64,000 bases of DNA. Source: a virus (taxonomy: Duplodnaviria > Heunggongvirae > Uroviricota > Caudoviricetes). This document shows, piece after piece, positions 47,951-57,074 of this stretch. A program made the position numbers and the translations under genes. Position 1 is the first letter of the stretch. Every line of letters begins with the position of its first letter. The stretch spans positions 51,528 through 115,527 of IMG/VR virus record IMGVR_UViG_3300031998_000026; one strand, written 5' to 3'. The notes beneath the pieces are model-generated. The model worked only from the letters and a program-made list of their open reading frames with translations. It was not told the origin of the DNA and searched no databases.

Positions 47951-49099
47951 TTACGCAAACCTACGCTTGCCGTTTGATTCCTGCTTCGTAGGGCGCTCCA
48001 CCTCGACGGCTTCGACGCCCTCCACAGGCATGAGTTCGGGATAGTTCGCCATCCCTACGTTCAGTATGTTTATCGCCGCGTTCACGTCGCGGTCGATGAC
48101 GGCCCCGCAGTCTGGGCACTCGTAAGTGCGCTCGGAGAGCGGCATGTCGCGTACGCACCCGCAGTTTGAGCACGTCTTACTGCTCGGGTACCAGCGGTCT
48201 ATCCTGCCGACCCTCGCCTTGTACTCGAACTGGCTCGCCATCGTCGCCAACGACGCATCGGCTATCGACTTCGCCAGCTTGTGGTTCGAGCGCATGCCCT
48301 TGACGTTGAGATCCTCCAAGAACACGACGCCGTACCTGCGCACGACGTCCGTCGTGGCCTTGTGGATGTAGTCCGCCCTCATGCATGCCGTGCGATACTG
48401 GAACTTGGCGAGCCTGTCCTTCGCCTTGCGCCAGTTCTTGGAACCCTTCTTCTTGCGCGACAGATCCCGCTGCAGGTGCCTCATACGCCTCTCGCGCCTC
48501 CGATACCAGCGAGGATTCTGGACCACCGTACCGTCCGAGAGCGCCATGAGTACGTGGCAACCGAGGTCGATGCCCACGGCGGCTTGGCTTTCGCCCGCCG
48601 TGTCCGGCACCTCGCACGAGATGGCCGCGAACCACATGTTCGCCCTCTTGGATACGGTCACGTTGTATATCTTGGTGCAGTCTTGGTATCTCAGCGGCTC
48701 TGCCATCTTCAGTGTGAGTCCCTTGGGCAACCTGAGGTACCTGCCTTCCACCCTGACGGCCGAGCCGTCGATGCGGAATGAGTCTCTAACGCCCTTCTTG
48801 TGGAACCTCGGGTGCTTCGTGTTGCCCCTGAAGAACGACTTGAACCCCTTGTCGAGATCCTGTATCGCCGCCTCTCCTATCCACTTGGAGTACTCGTACA
48901 TCCACGGGAACTCCGCCTTCTTGCGGGCGTTGAACTTCTTCTTTATCGAATAGTAGTTGTGTCTGACGCCGTTGTCGTAGTCCTCGTTCCACATGCCGAG
49001 GCAGAGGTTGTATGCCGTCCGAGAGAACCCGCAGCAACCCCTCAGATACGACTCCTGCACGTTGTTGGGATATATTCGCGTCTTGAACGTCCGATTCAT
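47951..49099 (-). CDS. tnpB: TnpB RNA-guided nuclease (RuvC plus Zn finger)
   Basis: N-terminus MNRTFKTRIYPN; RuvC-I AVGIDLG; RuvC-II VVFLEDLNVKGM; Zn finger CSNCGCV...CPDCG; RuvC-III DRDVNAAINI. Confidence 0.85.
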   Translation of the reverse strand: MNRTFKTRIYPNNVQESYLRGCCGFSRTAYNLCLGMWNEDYDNGVRHNYYSIKKKFNARKKAEFPWMYEYSKWIGEAAIQDLDKGFKSFFRGNTKHPRFHKKGVRDSFRIDGSAVRVEGRYLRLPKGLTLKMAEPLRYQDCTKIYNVTVSKRANMWFAAISCEVPDTAGESQAAVGIDLGCHVLMALSDGTVVQNPRWYRRRERRMRHLQRDLSRKKKGSKNWRKAKDRLAKFQYRTACMRADYIHKATTDVVRRYGVVFLEDLNVKGMRSNHKLAKSIADASLATMASQFEYKARVGRIDRWYPSSKTCSNCGCVRDMPLSERTYECPDCGAVIDRDVNAAINILNVGMANYPELMPVEGVEAVEVERPTKQESNGKRRFA

Positions 49100-49326
49100 C
49101 GTTGCTCCTCGAGCAACTCGTCGTCGAGCCTCCATTCTATTGTGTCCCTCACCTTCTCGAGCCTCAGGTATTCGGACACTGGCCTGTCGTACACGAACCG
49201 CACGTCGTAGTCCGAATCCTCGCTCGCAAAGCCCCAGCAGCGGCTCCCGGACTCGATTGCGAGCACCAGGTTGACGTTCTTCTCCCTCTCGACGGACTCG
49301 AGCTCACGGATTATTGTCTCACGCAT
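49096..49326 (-). CDS. Minimal nucleotidyltransferase (MNT-like) fragment
   Basis: LVLAIESGSRCWGFASEDSDYDVRFVY is a Pol-beta-type GS...DxD motif; only 76 aa; stop abuts the tnpB start. Confidence 0.45.
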   Translation of the reverse strand: MRETIIRELESVEREKNVNLVLAIESGSRCWGFASEDSDYDVRFVYDRPVSEYLRLEKVRDTIEWRLDDELLEEQR

Positions 49327-49342
49327 CGAAAATCACCCAAAT

Positions 49343-50257
49343 TCAGTAAAGCTGGCACTCTTTGCCACCTGATCTGTAGTACACACTGACACGGAGCGTC
49401 GTCTCGCCCCACCCGCGGTCGGTTCCGTCGTCAAGGCGCCAAAGGTCCCACATCTCGTCCAATTCGGCGTCGCTGGGGTCGTCCTCGAGGTAGCAGAGCA
49501 CCTCGAACCTCGGCCACGAGCGCAGTCCGTAGTCATGGAGGCCGCACTCGGCCACATACGGCATCCCGGACGCCCTCCTGACCCTCAGGCTCGCCCATCT
49601 GCGCCAGCACTCGTGGGAGAGCCTCCTCTTGGCCCGCCTCACGTGCTCAGATGCCATGTACCGCACCGTCATTGCCGCCGGGTGGTAGTCTATGGGAATC
49701 CAGTCCGTTATCCCCTCGTACGACAGGAACGGGTGCATCCTTACCTGCTCTGCGAGGGCCTGGACGTGCCTTTCCGGTCCAGGACGGATGACCACGCCGT
49801 CAGAGCGCACGAAGGGACCGTCCTCGATCATCCGCATAAGGTCATGCCTTGTGACCTCGACCACGAGGTCGGACGCACTCGGCTTGAACTTGTCTATGGC
49901 CGTGTCGTGCTGGCAGAACAGCTGGATTACCTTCGAGTCGCCGTCTGCGTCGCCTGTGAGGTTCTCTGCGTTGAGCCAGATGCCGAAACGCCACCCCGGC
50001 CACACCCTCGACAGCCTGAAGCTGACCACCGAGCACGGGTAGCCGCCGAACACGAAGTACGTGTCGCCCCTCTGCACGTCCCTCGCCCTGTAGCCCTTGG
50101 CGGCGAGCACGTCGAGCACCCAGTCGCACAGGGCCTCGTTCAGCTCGCCCACGACCCTCAGCCTCTCGTCCGGAACGTCCGCCACCAGGTCGAACGGCAG
50201 TCCCAGTCCCTCTATTACGTCCATTGCGTCCCCCTCTTCACAAATACCATCGTACAA
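49343..50257 (-). CDS. Hypothetical protein
   Basis: 304 aa, upstream of the MNT-like gene. Confidence 0.45.
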   Translation of the reverse strand: MYDGICEEGDAMDVIEGLGLPFDLVADVPDERLRVVGELNEALCDWVLDVLAAKGYRARDVQRGDTYFVFGGYPCSVVSFRLSRVWPGWRFGIWLNAENLTGDADGDSKVIQLFCQHDTAIDKFKPSASDLVVEVTRHDLMRMIEDGPFVRSDGVVIRPGPERHVQALAEQVRMHPFLSYEGITDWIPIDYHPAAMTVRYMASEHVRRAKRRLSHECWRRWASLRVRRASGMPYVAECGLHDYGLRSWPRFEVLCYLEDDPSDAELDEMWDLWRLDDGTDRGWGETTLRVSVYYRSGGKECQLY

Positions 50258-50281
50258 CTGTTCGTGCGCGTGTCTGCGAGG

Positions 50282-50449
50282 TCATGCGACTCGTCTTATG
50301 CCCTCGACGTACGCGTGCACGTTCCCGACGAGCTCGCACTCCCTGTAGCGCCTCTCCCAGCGCAGCATGCAAGCGTATGCTTCGGATATGCGCCTGAACC
50401 CGCCGAGTATGGCCCCGTTGGTGTTCTTGACAACCCAAAGCGTCGTCAT
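50282..50449 (-). CDS. Hypothetical small protein
   Basis: MTTLWVVKNTNGAILGGFRRISEAYACMLRWERRYRECELVGNVHAYVEGIRRVA. Confidence 0.3.
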   Translation of the reverse strand: MTTLWVVKNTNGAILGGFRRISEAYACMLRWERRYRECELVGNVHAYVEGIRRVA

Positions 50450-50619
50450 GCCGCCCTCCTCTCTCCGAGGAACCGATACATCTCGTCCACGGCCTCGCCG
50501 AAGTCTCCGAAGAGCCTCCTCTTGAGCAGTCGGCCCCTCTGGTCCCTGATTGTGAGTGTGAAGAGCCCTTCCTTGCCGAGAATCTCGGCAGAGCAGCCAC
50601 CGAACCTGTGCCTGAGCAT
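50446..50619 (-). CDS. Hypothetical small protein
   Basis: GGAGG RBS before MLRHRFGGCSAEILGKEGLFTLTIRDQRGRLL... Confidence 0.35.
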   Translation of the reverse strand: MLRHRFGGCSAEILGKEGLFTLTIRDQRGRLLKRRLFGDFGEAVDEMYRFLGERRAA

Positions 50620-50651
50620 GATTTGCCTCCAATCTCCCCGAAACTCGTCTG

Positions 50652-50996
50652 TCAGAGCACCATCGAGAGCTGTCCGCCCTCTTCTGTGACCGAACACGTG
50701 TTCTTGGCATCGTCTGAGCCATTCTTAGCACATTTGCAGGGCTTTACGACCGAAAATGGGTTACGAGTCGCATGTGTTGTCGAAAAACCCGCAGACACGC
50801 TCTCAGAGGGTCGTTTTTTCTGTGTCGTCCGTGATTTTTCGCCAGCCGGCATGCCTTGGCGCGTCGGGACGAGCGACGAGCCATCCGGCACGCCCCCGAG
50901 AGCCTCGAAGCGCTCCCGGATGGTCATTCTGTCGGGGTCGAGCCCCATCTCGCGCAGCTTGTCGCCGTCGATGTCGAACTGTGACCTCTTTGCCAT
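50652..50996 (-). CDS. Hypothetical protein (low confidence)
   Basis: MAKRSQFDIDGDKLREMGLDPDRMTIRERFEALGG...; its 3' half overlaps a terminator-like T/A-run region. Confidence 0.25.
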   Translation of the reverse strand: MAKRSQFDIDGDKLREMGLDPDRMTIRERFEALGGVPDGSSLVPTRQGMPAGEKSRTTQKKRPSESVSAGFSTTHATRNPFSVVKPCKCAKNGSDDAKNTCSVTEEGGQLSMVL

Positions 50997-51197
50997 GAAA
51001 TCGCCTCCAAAATGCGAGGGGCGAGCCGAAATGGCCCGCCCCGTGTGAAAACTCATATAAAAGAGGCCGCCCATGCTCGGACGGCCGATTGGTTCGCCTT
51101 GTCTGCGTCAGCAGGTCGCTAATCTGCGTCGTCGCACCTAGCCCTGCCCGTACATGTTCTCGTACGCCTCGAAGTCGTCGCGCATGTCTGAGTATCG

Positions 51198-51443
51198 CTA
51201 TGGCTTGGCGACTGCGGCGCCTATCGCGTCCACGATGAACTGGCTTCTGCTCTTGCCGGCCTTCTCCGCCATCCTCTTTGCGGCGTCAAGCACCGACCGC
51301 GGCATGTACACCCTCACCGCAACGTCGACGTTTCCATCTCCGATGTCATCGTGGAACGCCTCGTCCCACTCGAACAGGTCATCCATGTCCTCCCCGCTGT
51401 CGAAGCGGGCGTCGAACTCGTCAGCCGTTAAGATGTCGGTCAT
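51198..51443 (-). CDS. brnA: BrnA-type antitoxin (ribbon-helix-helix)
   Basis: DEFDARFDSGEDMDDLFEWDEA ... C-terminal RHH PRSVLDAAKRMAEKAGKSRSQFIVDAI; overlaps brnT. Confidence 0.65.
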   Translation of the reverse strand: MTDILTADEFDARFDSGEDMDDLFEWDEAFHDDIGDGNVDVAVRVYMPRSVLDAAKRMAEKAGKSRSQFIVDAIGAAVAKP

Positions 51444-51729
51444 ATGCGCTCCTCTCTCGATGGTTTGACGGTCTCGCCGATATTATACGCCTGACCTTCT
51501 TGTCAGGCATGGTATGAATCACCGACCAATAGCCGCCGAACGCCCTGCCTATTATCATGTAGCGTCTTAGGTCGCCTTTTGTTTGCTTTGCTGGCACCGT
51601 GACGCTGTTCGGGTCAGACCACACCTGCATTGCGTAGTCGAAGTTTATGCCGTGCAGCTCCTCGTTAATCGCGTCCTTCGCCTCGTCCCACTCGAAGAAC
51701 AGGTCTATCTCCTCCAATCGAATCACCTC
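51421..51729 (-). CDS. brnT: BrnT-type toxin (RelE/ParE-fold ribonuclease, DUF497)
   Basis: FEWDEAKDAINEELHGINFDYAMQVWSD ... RRIISARPSNHRERSAY. Confidence 0.65.
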   Translation of the reverse strand, partial: EVIRLEEIDLFFEWDEAKDAINEELHGINFDYAMQVWSDPNSVTVPAKQTKGDLRRYMIIGRAFGGYWSVIHTMPDKKVRRIISARPSNHRERSAYDRHLNG

Positions 51730-51746
51730 CATCTTGAAGTATACAT

Positions 51747-52016
51747 TTACCGCCTCACCCACATCGTGTCGGTCATGCAAAGCAGCCAGCCGACGTTCGC
51801 CTCGTACAGCATGGCGGCGTCGTATATGAGCTTCGCCTTCAGCGTCCTCGTGCCCTGCTCGTACTTGTAGAGCGACTGCTGCGACATGCCCAGCGCGTCG
51901 GCGGCTTCGGCGATGGTCAAGCCGGCGAACCTGCGCGCCTCAGAGAGCCTCCTTCCCACCTCGGCGTCGTACTCGTCTATCTCGGCCTTGCTTGCGCTGC
52001 CAGCATTGAAGTCCAT
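51747..52016 (-). CDS. XRE-family HTH regulator
   Basis: LSEARRFAGLTIAEAADALGMSQQSLYKYEQG. Confidence 0.6.
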   Translation of the reverse strand: MDFNAGSASKAEIDEYDAEVGRRLSEARRFAGLTIAEAADALGMSQQSLYKYEQGTRTLKAKLIYDAAMLYEANVGWLLCMTDTMWVRR

Positions 52017-52026
52017 TCCTGCCTCC

Positions 52027-52293
52027 CTACATCCTGCACGTCGGGTTGTGCACGGGGTCGATTATCGTCCAGCGGCTCTCCTCGTACAGCGTCCCGCCCG
52101 TTATCCACGCCGTCCAGTCACGGCACTCTCCGATTACCTCGTCGGGGTCGTCGGCCCACTCACGCTCCTCCTTCAGACCGTCCCACCACTCGCTGTTCAT
52201 GGTCCTGCGTGCGTCGTCGAGCTCCTCGAACGTGCCGCAGACCCTTACCTGCGTGCCCTCGTCGTCCTTGGTTATGCCAATCAGTGTGAACAT
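52027..52293 (-). CDS. Hypothetical protein
   Basis: 88 aa, acidic. Confidence 0.4.
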   Translation of the reverse strand: MFTLIGITKDDEGTQVRVCGTFEELDDARRTMNSEWWDGLKEEREWADDPDEVIGECRDWTAWITGGTLYEESRWTIIDPVHNPTCRM

Positions 52294-52300
52294 GTGTCTC

Positions 52301-52591
52301 CTAGCTCCTTGCCCCGTCGTTTTTCACGGCCTTCATCCCGACGAGCGCGGCGTCGAGCATCGACCCGACCATCACGTTGAGGTCGCTCCACGTCCTCGCA
52401 GACACGGCGAACGCCGTCCTGCCGTCATCGCACAGCATGTCGAACCTGAGCACGTCCCCGTCACGGTACCAGGCGCCGTTCCAGGTGCCGCCCTCGGCGT
52501 CGTGCAGAATGCCCTCGAGCTTGGAGGCGCAGAACCTTATCCACTGCCGGGCCTCTGTCGCCGTCATGTTTTGTCTCGTACCGTATGCCAT
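52301..52591 (-). CDS. Hypothetical protein
   Basis: 96 aa. Confidence 0.4.
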   Translation of the reverse strand: MAYGTRQNMTATEARQWIRFCASKLEGILHDAEGGTWNGAWYRDGDVLRFDMLCDDGRTAFAVSARTWSDLNVMVGSMLDAALVGMKAVKNDGARS

Positions 52592-52604
52592 GTCGCTCTC
52601 CTCC

Positions 52605-53003
52605 CTAAAGGGCTATCCCGAACTTGCCGCCGACCATGTCGAGCGTCTGTCTGTCGTATCCCTGCGCCTTGAGCACTGCGAGCGCGTCCCTCAGCGTGCC
52701 GTGCGTCAGGTCGAACTCGTGGTCCCACCGCTCGTCGGTCAGTATCTGCATGTCGAACACCCTGCACATGCCGTGCCCGAGGTCCTCGTAGCAGTATGCC
52801 AGCTGGTAGCCGAGCCCGTCGTGGCAGTCGTAGTAGGAAACCTCGCCCTCCTGCCACGGCCCGGTTGCCGACTGTCCCGTGCTGCCCTCGCAAGGTATGC
52901 ACTCGTGCCCCGTGGCTATCCACACGAGCCTCCTCATTTCCTCGCTGCTGTCCTGGTGTGCCATCTTCTCCTCGATGTATGCGTCCTCTGCCATGTTGTA
53001 CAT
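52605..53003 (-). CDS. Hypothetical protein
   Basis: RBS GGAGAGAAAGAGGG before MYNMAEDAY. Confidence 0.4.
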   Translation of the reverse strand: MYNMAEDAYIEEKMAHQDSSEEMRRLVWIATGHECIPCEGSTGQSATGPWQEGEVSYYDCHDGLGYQLAYCYEDLGHGMCRVFDMQILTDERWDHEFDLTHGTLRDALAVLKAQGYDRQTLDMVGGKFGIAL

Positions 53004-53049
53004 CTCGTACCCTCTTTCTCTCCGAATCTTTTTCCGATCGAACCCTTGC

Positions 53050-53541
53050 CTATGCCACCTCCGTCGTGACCCTCTTCCTCGGCAGCCTCCTCCCGTCCAG
53101 GTAGAGCCAGTCCTCGAGCTCGGCGATGCCGTCTGCCTTCTCCCACACGGTGCCGAAGTCGTCGTGCTCTGCACGGTACGGCTCGCCCCCGTCGCACCAT
53201 ATCGAGAGCACCGGTATGCCCTCCTGCACGCTCTGCGCCACGTGCGCGTCCCATATCAGCCCGCTTATGGGGACGAGGCAGTTCTCGAACCTGCCCTCCT
53301 CCTCCATGGGGACGTTGGCGTTCCTGTAGAAGCGTCCCTCGTAGTAGTAGACCCAACGGGGGAAGCGCTCGTATCGCTTGCCACCCCTCGGCCCCTTGGT
53401 CTCGGATATTCTGGTGCCCCACTCGTACGTGTAGCGGGTCTGCAGGACCTTCGGCCTGCTCCCGTCCATCATGAGGAACGTACGCCGCCTGTTGCTGTGC
53501 CTCTTCGGCGTGTACGGAAGCCTCGGTACCTTGTATCCCAT
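53050..53541 (-). CDS. Hypothetical protein
   Basis: 163 aa. Confidence 0.4.
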   Translation of the reverse strand: MGYKVPRLPYTPKRHSNRRRTFLMMDGSRPKVLQTRYTYEWGTRISETKGPRGGKRYERFPRWVYYYEGRFYRNANVPMEEEGRFENCLVPISGLIWDAHVAQSVQEGIPVLSIWCDGGEPYRAEHDDFGTVWEKADGIAELEDWLYLDGRRLPRKRVTTEVA

Positions 53542-53627
53542 GCTGGTCTCCTCTCTCCTCGTCAAATGCCCAGCAGAAAGGGCGCCCCTTCCGAGGTGCC
53601 CTTCCGTGACGGGTATTCGTCGTGTCG

Positions 53628-54023
53628 CTAGTCCTGCAACCCGAAGCTCAGGTAGCGTCCCATGCGATCCTCGTCCACCACGTCCATCGAGGCGTACCCT
53701 GCGAGCGTGTCGCACTGCTCGTCCGTGAGCACGTGGCCCGACGCCGCCGCCGACTCTCGCATCTGTGCCCTTGTGAAGGTGAAGGTGTAGGTCTTGTCGG
53801 TCTCGCGCTCCTCGTCGTACGACTGCAGGGACAGGTGGCAGTCTCCGTCGGGCCCCCAGTCCTCGTCGCTGACCGAGTCGTTAAGCGGTGATACGATTTC
53901 GTCCACGGGCAGTATGTCGTAGTCGCCATTGCCGTCGTAGTGCCAAAGCTCAACACCCTGCTTGAGCAGGTGGCGAGGCATCTTGTCCAGCACGTCCATC
54001 AGTTCCAGCCAAGTCATTGCCAT
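53628..54023 (-). CDS. Hypothetical acidic protein
   Basis: 131 aa. Confidence 0.4.
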   Translation of the reverse strand: MAMTWLELMDVLDKMPRHLLKQGVELWHYDGNGDYDILPVDEIVSPLNDSVSDEDWGPDGDCHLSLQSYDEERETDKTYTFTFTRAQMRESAAASGHVLTDEQCDTLAGYASMDVVDEDRMGRYLSFGLQD

Positions 54024-54037
54024 GTCCTTCTCCTCTC

Positions 54038-54304
54038 CTAGACCGCGTACTCCTTGACGAACGCCTTGAGCGGCATGTACTCGTCGGCGTCCCCGTAGTT
54101 GTGCTCCTCGTCCAGGCGGACGAGGAAGTCCGTCTTGTTCATGCACTTGTACGACTGCCTGCACTCGTACAGCTTCTTCTTGATTTGCCTTCCGGCCTTG
54201 TCCATGCCCTCCCAGCAGCGCCTCGTTGGTTTGGCGTCGTCCGTGAACCTGGACACCCTCTTGTACGTGCCGCAGTCGATGGGTCGCACTATCGTTACTC
54301 TCAT
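54038..54304 (-). CDS. Hypothetical protein
   Basis: 88 aa; AAGGAGG RBS. Confidence 0.45.
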   Translation of the reverse strand: MRVTIVRPIDCGTYKRVSRFTDDAKPTRRCWEGMDKAGRQIKKKLYECRQSYKCMNKTDFLVRLDEEHNYGDADEYMPLKAFVKEYAV

Positions 54305-54365
54305 TGCTCCTCCTTAAAACGAAGGCACCCGCAGGTGCCCATCCAAACCTCTGTCGTGTCGCTAG

Positions 54366-54599
54366 CTAGGCCAACGGGTATTGTCCAGGCTCCACCTCCT
54401 TGTATGGGTGCAACTCGATGTTCTCGAGCAGCCAGTCTGTCTGCAGGTGGTCCTTGAGTGCGACGCAGTGATCGGCGAAGAAGTCCTCGTCACCATAGAG
54501 CCGCTTCTCCAGCTTCTCGATTGCCTCCTCCATCGTGTCGGCTTCTACCTCGTACGTCCTCCAGAGTGCCATCTGCGTGTCGATTGCGAACCTTGCCAT
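54366..54599 (-). CDS. Hypothetical protein
   Basis: 77 aa. Confidence 0.4.
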   Translation of the reverse strand: MARFAIDTQMALWRTYEVEADTMEEAIEKLEKRLYGDEDFFADHCVALKDHLQTDWLLENIELHPYKEVEPGQYPLA

Positions 54600-54601
54600 T
54601 G

Positions 54602-54772
54602 CTAGTCCTCCTCTTTCTCTTCCTTCTCGTTAATCTCGATTACGAAGTAGCCGACCACGAAGTAAGACCCACAGTCGTCGCACTCGTACTCCTCGTACTC
54701 TGGGAAGCTGCCCATGCAGCTCGCCTGCCCGCCACATACGGGGCAGTCCCCGTAGAACTCGATTGGTTTCAT
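54602..54772 (-). CDS. Small Zn-ribbon protein
   Basis: CPVCGG...CDDCG. Confidence 0.35.
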   Translation of the reverse strand: MKPIEFYGDCPVCGGQASCMGSFPEYEEYECDDCGSYFVVGYFVIEINEKEEKEED

Positions 54773-54774
54773 GT

Positions 54775-55062
54775 CTAGTCCTCCTTGAAGTTCTCGTCCT
54801 CGTACCTGCTTGCCAGCAGCGACCCGAACAGGTACCCGAACCCGTCGTTCCACGCGTCGTCGTAGAAGTCCTGATTGCTTATGACCCACGCCATGAGGTC
54901 CGTCAGGTCGTCGCCACGCATGACGTTCGTTATGTCGGATGCCGCCCTGTCCCAGCACTCGTCTGGGTTGTAGAAGCTGTACCAGAGGCTCACGTCCTCC
55001 TTCTCGAGGATGCGCTCATAAACTTTGTCTGCCAGTTCCTCGCCGTGCTTTGCGTCGAACAT
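54775..55062 (-). CDS. Hypothetical acidic protein
   Basis: 95 aa. Confidence 0.35.
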   Translation of the reverse strand: MFDAKHGEELADKVYERILEKEDVSLWYSFYNPDECWDRAASDITNVMRGDDLTDLMAWVISNQDFYDDAWNDGFGYLFGSLLASRYEDENFKED

Positions 55063-55556
55063 CAGAACTCCCTCCAATTGTCTCCTGCGTAGTACTTGAC
55101 CGCCCTTCTCGCATACCCCATGCAGGCGTCGAGCATGAAGCACTCGTATCCGTCGCAGAGGTCCGGCCCCTCGCCTTGGGTCGCCGCTTCGGCGTACCCT
55201 CTGAACATGAGGGAGAAGGTCTCGTATGCCGTGCGGTTCGTTGCGTCCTCGCATTTGCCCTCCTCGGCGTACGCCGTCCTCGCAACGAGCATGCACAGCG
55301 CCTCCGCTATCGCATGGTCGGGCGTCGCACTCGTCCATGTCTCGACCGCCGCTCCGTCTGGGTCCTCTATCTCGGCGAACCACAGGCCATCCGCATGCCC
55401 GACGATCATGGTGTAGCTGCCCATCTCGTCGTCGTACTCGAAGCGCCCGTGCCTTGCGGGCCTGTCGGTGTCGTAGCACGGGCCGCCTGCGAAGTAGCCG
55501 TGCTCGTCCATCCAATCCCTCGTGGCTGGCGTCATGTCGGTGAAGTTTATCCTCAT
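55062..55556 (-). CDS. Hypothetical protein
   Basis: 164 aa. Confidence 0.4.
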   Translation of the reverse strand: MRINFTDMTPATRDWMDEHGYFAGGPCYDTDRPARHGRFEYDDEMGSYTMIVGHADGLWFAEIEDPDGAAVETWTSATPDHAIAEALCMLVARTAYAEEGKCEDATNRTAYETFSLMFRGYAEAATQGEGPDLCDGYECFMLDACMGYARRAVKYYAGDNWREF

Positions 55557-55939
55557 GCCAAGTCCCCCTTTATCATGCAGTTCACCTTCGTCATGCTTGC
55601 GAATATGTCCACGCCCTCGCACTGCATGACCTCCTCCCACAGCTCGCCGAACGTGCCGCAGTCGTAGCCGTCACCGGCGATGCGATAGAGGTCCTCGAAC
55701 CCTATCTCGTCCTCGATGCAGTCTCGGCTGCGCTTGTAGCCCGTCCACAGGCCGTCGCCGTACTGGTACGGTTCGTCTGGGCTGTAGTGGATGCCGAGGC
55801 ACCCGAGGTATCCCTCGTCGTACTCAACGTCGTCGTCCTCCCAGTACAGATGCAGCGAGAATATCTCCTCGCCGTTGTAGAACAGCCCCTCGTCCTCGTC
55901 GGGGGCCGTGGTTGGGTCGTATTTGGTCGGCTTCATCAT
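55553..55939 (-). CDS. Hypothetical acidic protein
   Basis: 128 aa. Confidence 0.4.
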   Translation of the reverse strand: MMKPTKYDPTTAPDEDEGLFYNGEEIFSLHLYWEDDDVEYDEGYLGCLGIHYSPDEPYQYGDGLWTGYKRSRDCIEDEIGFEDLYRIAGDGYDCGTFGELWEEVMQCEGVDIFASMTKVNCMIKGDLA

Positions 55940-55952
55940 GTCCTGCCTCCTC

Positions 55953-56522
55953 CTACTTGTAGTCGTCCTGCTCGCTTATGATTTCCTCGACCTCGCTTGC
56001 GTCGAGGGTTATGTCTGCGTACCCATCTTCGTCGCTGTCGCATACGACGTCTGAGAGGAATGCGTTCGACCCGCTGTCTGCGAACACCTTGCCGAGCAGC
56101 TCGTGCAGCCTGTCGGTGTCGGCTACGATGGTCTCCGCCAGGTAGTTCGCCTCCTTCTCACTCTTGGCTCTGAAGTAGATGCTCAATGGCACCATGATGT
56201 GCGCTATGTAGGGCTTGCGCTCGGTGGGGGAGTCGGGCACCTCATGGATGACCCACCTGTGCTCGCCGTCCTCCAGGTATGCGTCGAAGTCGTGGAGGAA
56301 CCCGAGGTACACTTTGCCGCCACCCTCGCCGGCCCAGTCACCGTAGAGGTCATAACGTCCCGGCGCGCACTCGACCTTCCTCGAGATGCTGTAGTCGTCA
56401 TCGGCGAGGATGCGCTCAAGCTGGCCCAACATGACCGCATGCGCCTTCTCTGCGCTGTCGTATGCCCTGCACTCGTTGTCAGTGCTCAGGCTGTTTCCCT
56501 CGCTGTAAACCAATACGAACAT
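55953..56522 (-). CDS. Hypothetical protein
   Basis: 189 aa. Confidence 0.45.
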   Translation of the reverse strand: MFVLVYSEGNSLSTDNECRAYDSAEKAHAVMLGQLERILADDDYSISRKVECAPGRYDLYGDWAGEGGGKVYLGFLHDFDAYLEDGEHRWVIHEVPDSPTERKPYIAHIMVPLSIYFRAKSEKEANYLAETIVADTDRLHELLGKVFADSGSNAFLSDVVCDSDEDGYADITLDASEVEEIISEQDDYK

Positions 56523-56525
56523 GTC

Positions 56526-56864
56526 TTACTCCTCCTCGAATCGGCACCAGTAGGTGCCCTCTTTTGTCTCCTCGTTTACCTCGTTGAGCGGCAGGTGCGT
56601 GCCCGGCTCGCCGTCGTAGTACTCGTTGACGAAGTCCCTTATCCCTTCGTCCGCAAGCTCCTCCCAGTAGTGCGTGACCGCACACTGGGCCGCATCGAGT
56701 TCGCTTGCGCTGTACGAGGACACGGGCACGACGGCGCTCATCTCCTCGTGCACCCAGTAGCCCTCGTCGTGCAGCCACAGGAACCCGAGAAGGTGCACGA
56801 CCTTCTCGCCGTTGCGGACCTCCACCGAGTAGAAGTCACGCTCGTAGTCAGTGTTGAAGCACAT
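56526..56864 (-). CDS. Hypothetical protein
   Basis: 112 aa. Confidence 0.4.
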   Translation of the reverse strand: MCFNTDYERDFYSVEVRNGEKVVHLLGFLWLHDEGYWVHEEMSAVVPVSSYSASELDAAQCAVTHYWEELADEGIRDFVNEYYDGEPGTHLPLNEVNEETKEGTYWCRFEEE

Positions 56865-56867
56865 GCC

Positions 56868-57071
56868 TTACTCCTCCTCGTCCTCGTCGATTACGTTGTC
56901 CAAGAAGTAGTTGAACACCAGCGTGTGGTCGCACTCCGGGCAGTAGTTGATGAGCTGTACGCCTCCGTCCATGAACTCGAGCTCGTCGTAGCCGTCGAGG
57001 TCTGCGCCGCACGTCGGGCAACGGCTGTCGTCGCCGCTCTTGTATTTCTTCCCCATGGTGTACTCCTTCAT
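56868..57071 (-). CDS. Small Zn-ribbon protein
   Basis: CPTCG...CPECD. Confidence 0.4.
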   Translation of the reverse strand: MKEYTMGKKYKSGDDSRCPTCGADLDGYDELEFMDGGVQLINYCPECDHTLVFNYFLDNVIDEDEEE

Positions 57072-57074
57072 GTC

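Larger units (their letters stand above)
47840..49340 (-). mobile_element. IS200/IS605-family TnpB element (solo tnpB, IS1341-like); boundaries approximate
   Basis: tnpB at 47951-49099 (minus); downstream 47840-47950 holds hairpins AATTCGTG/CACGAATT and AAAATCGGC/GCCGATTTT consistent with the 3' omega/reRNA scaffold; no tnpA. Confidence 0.55.
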
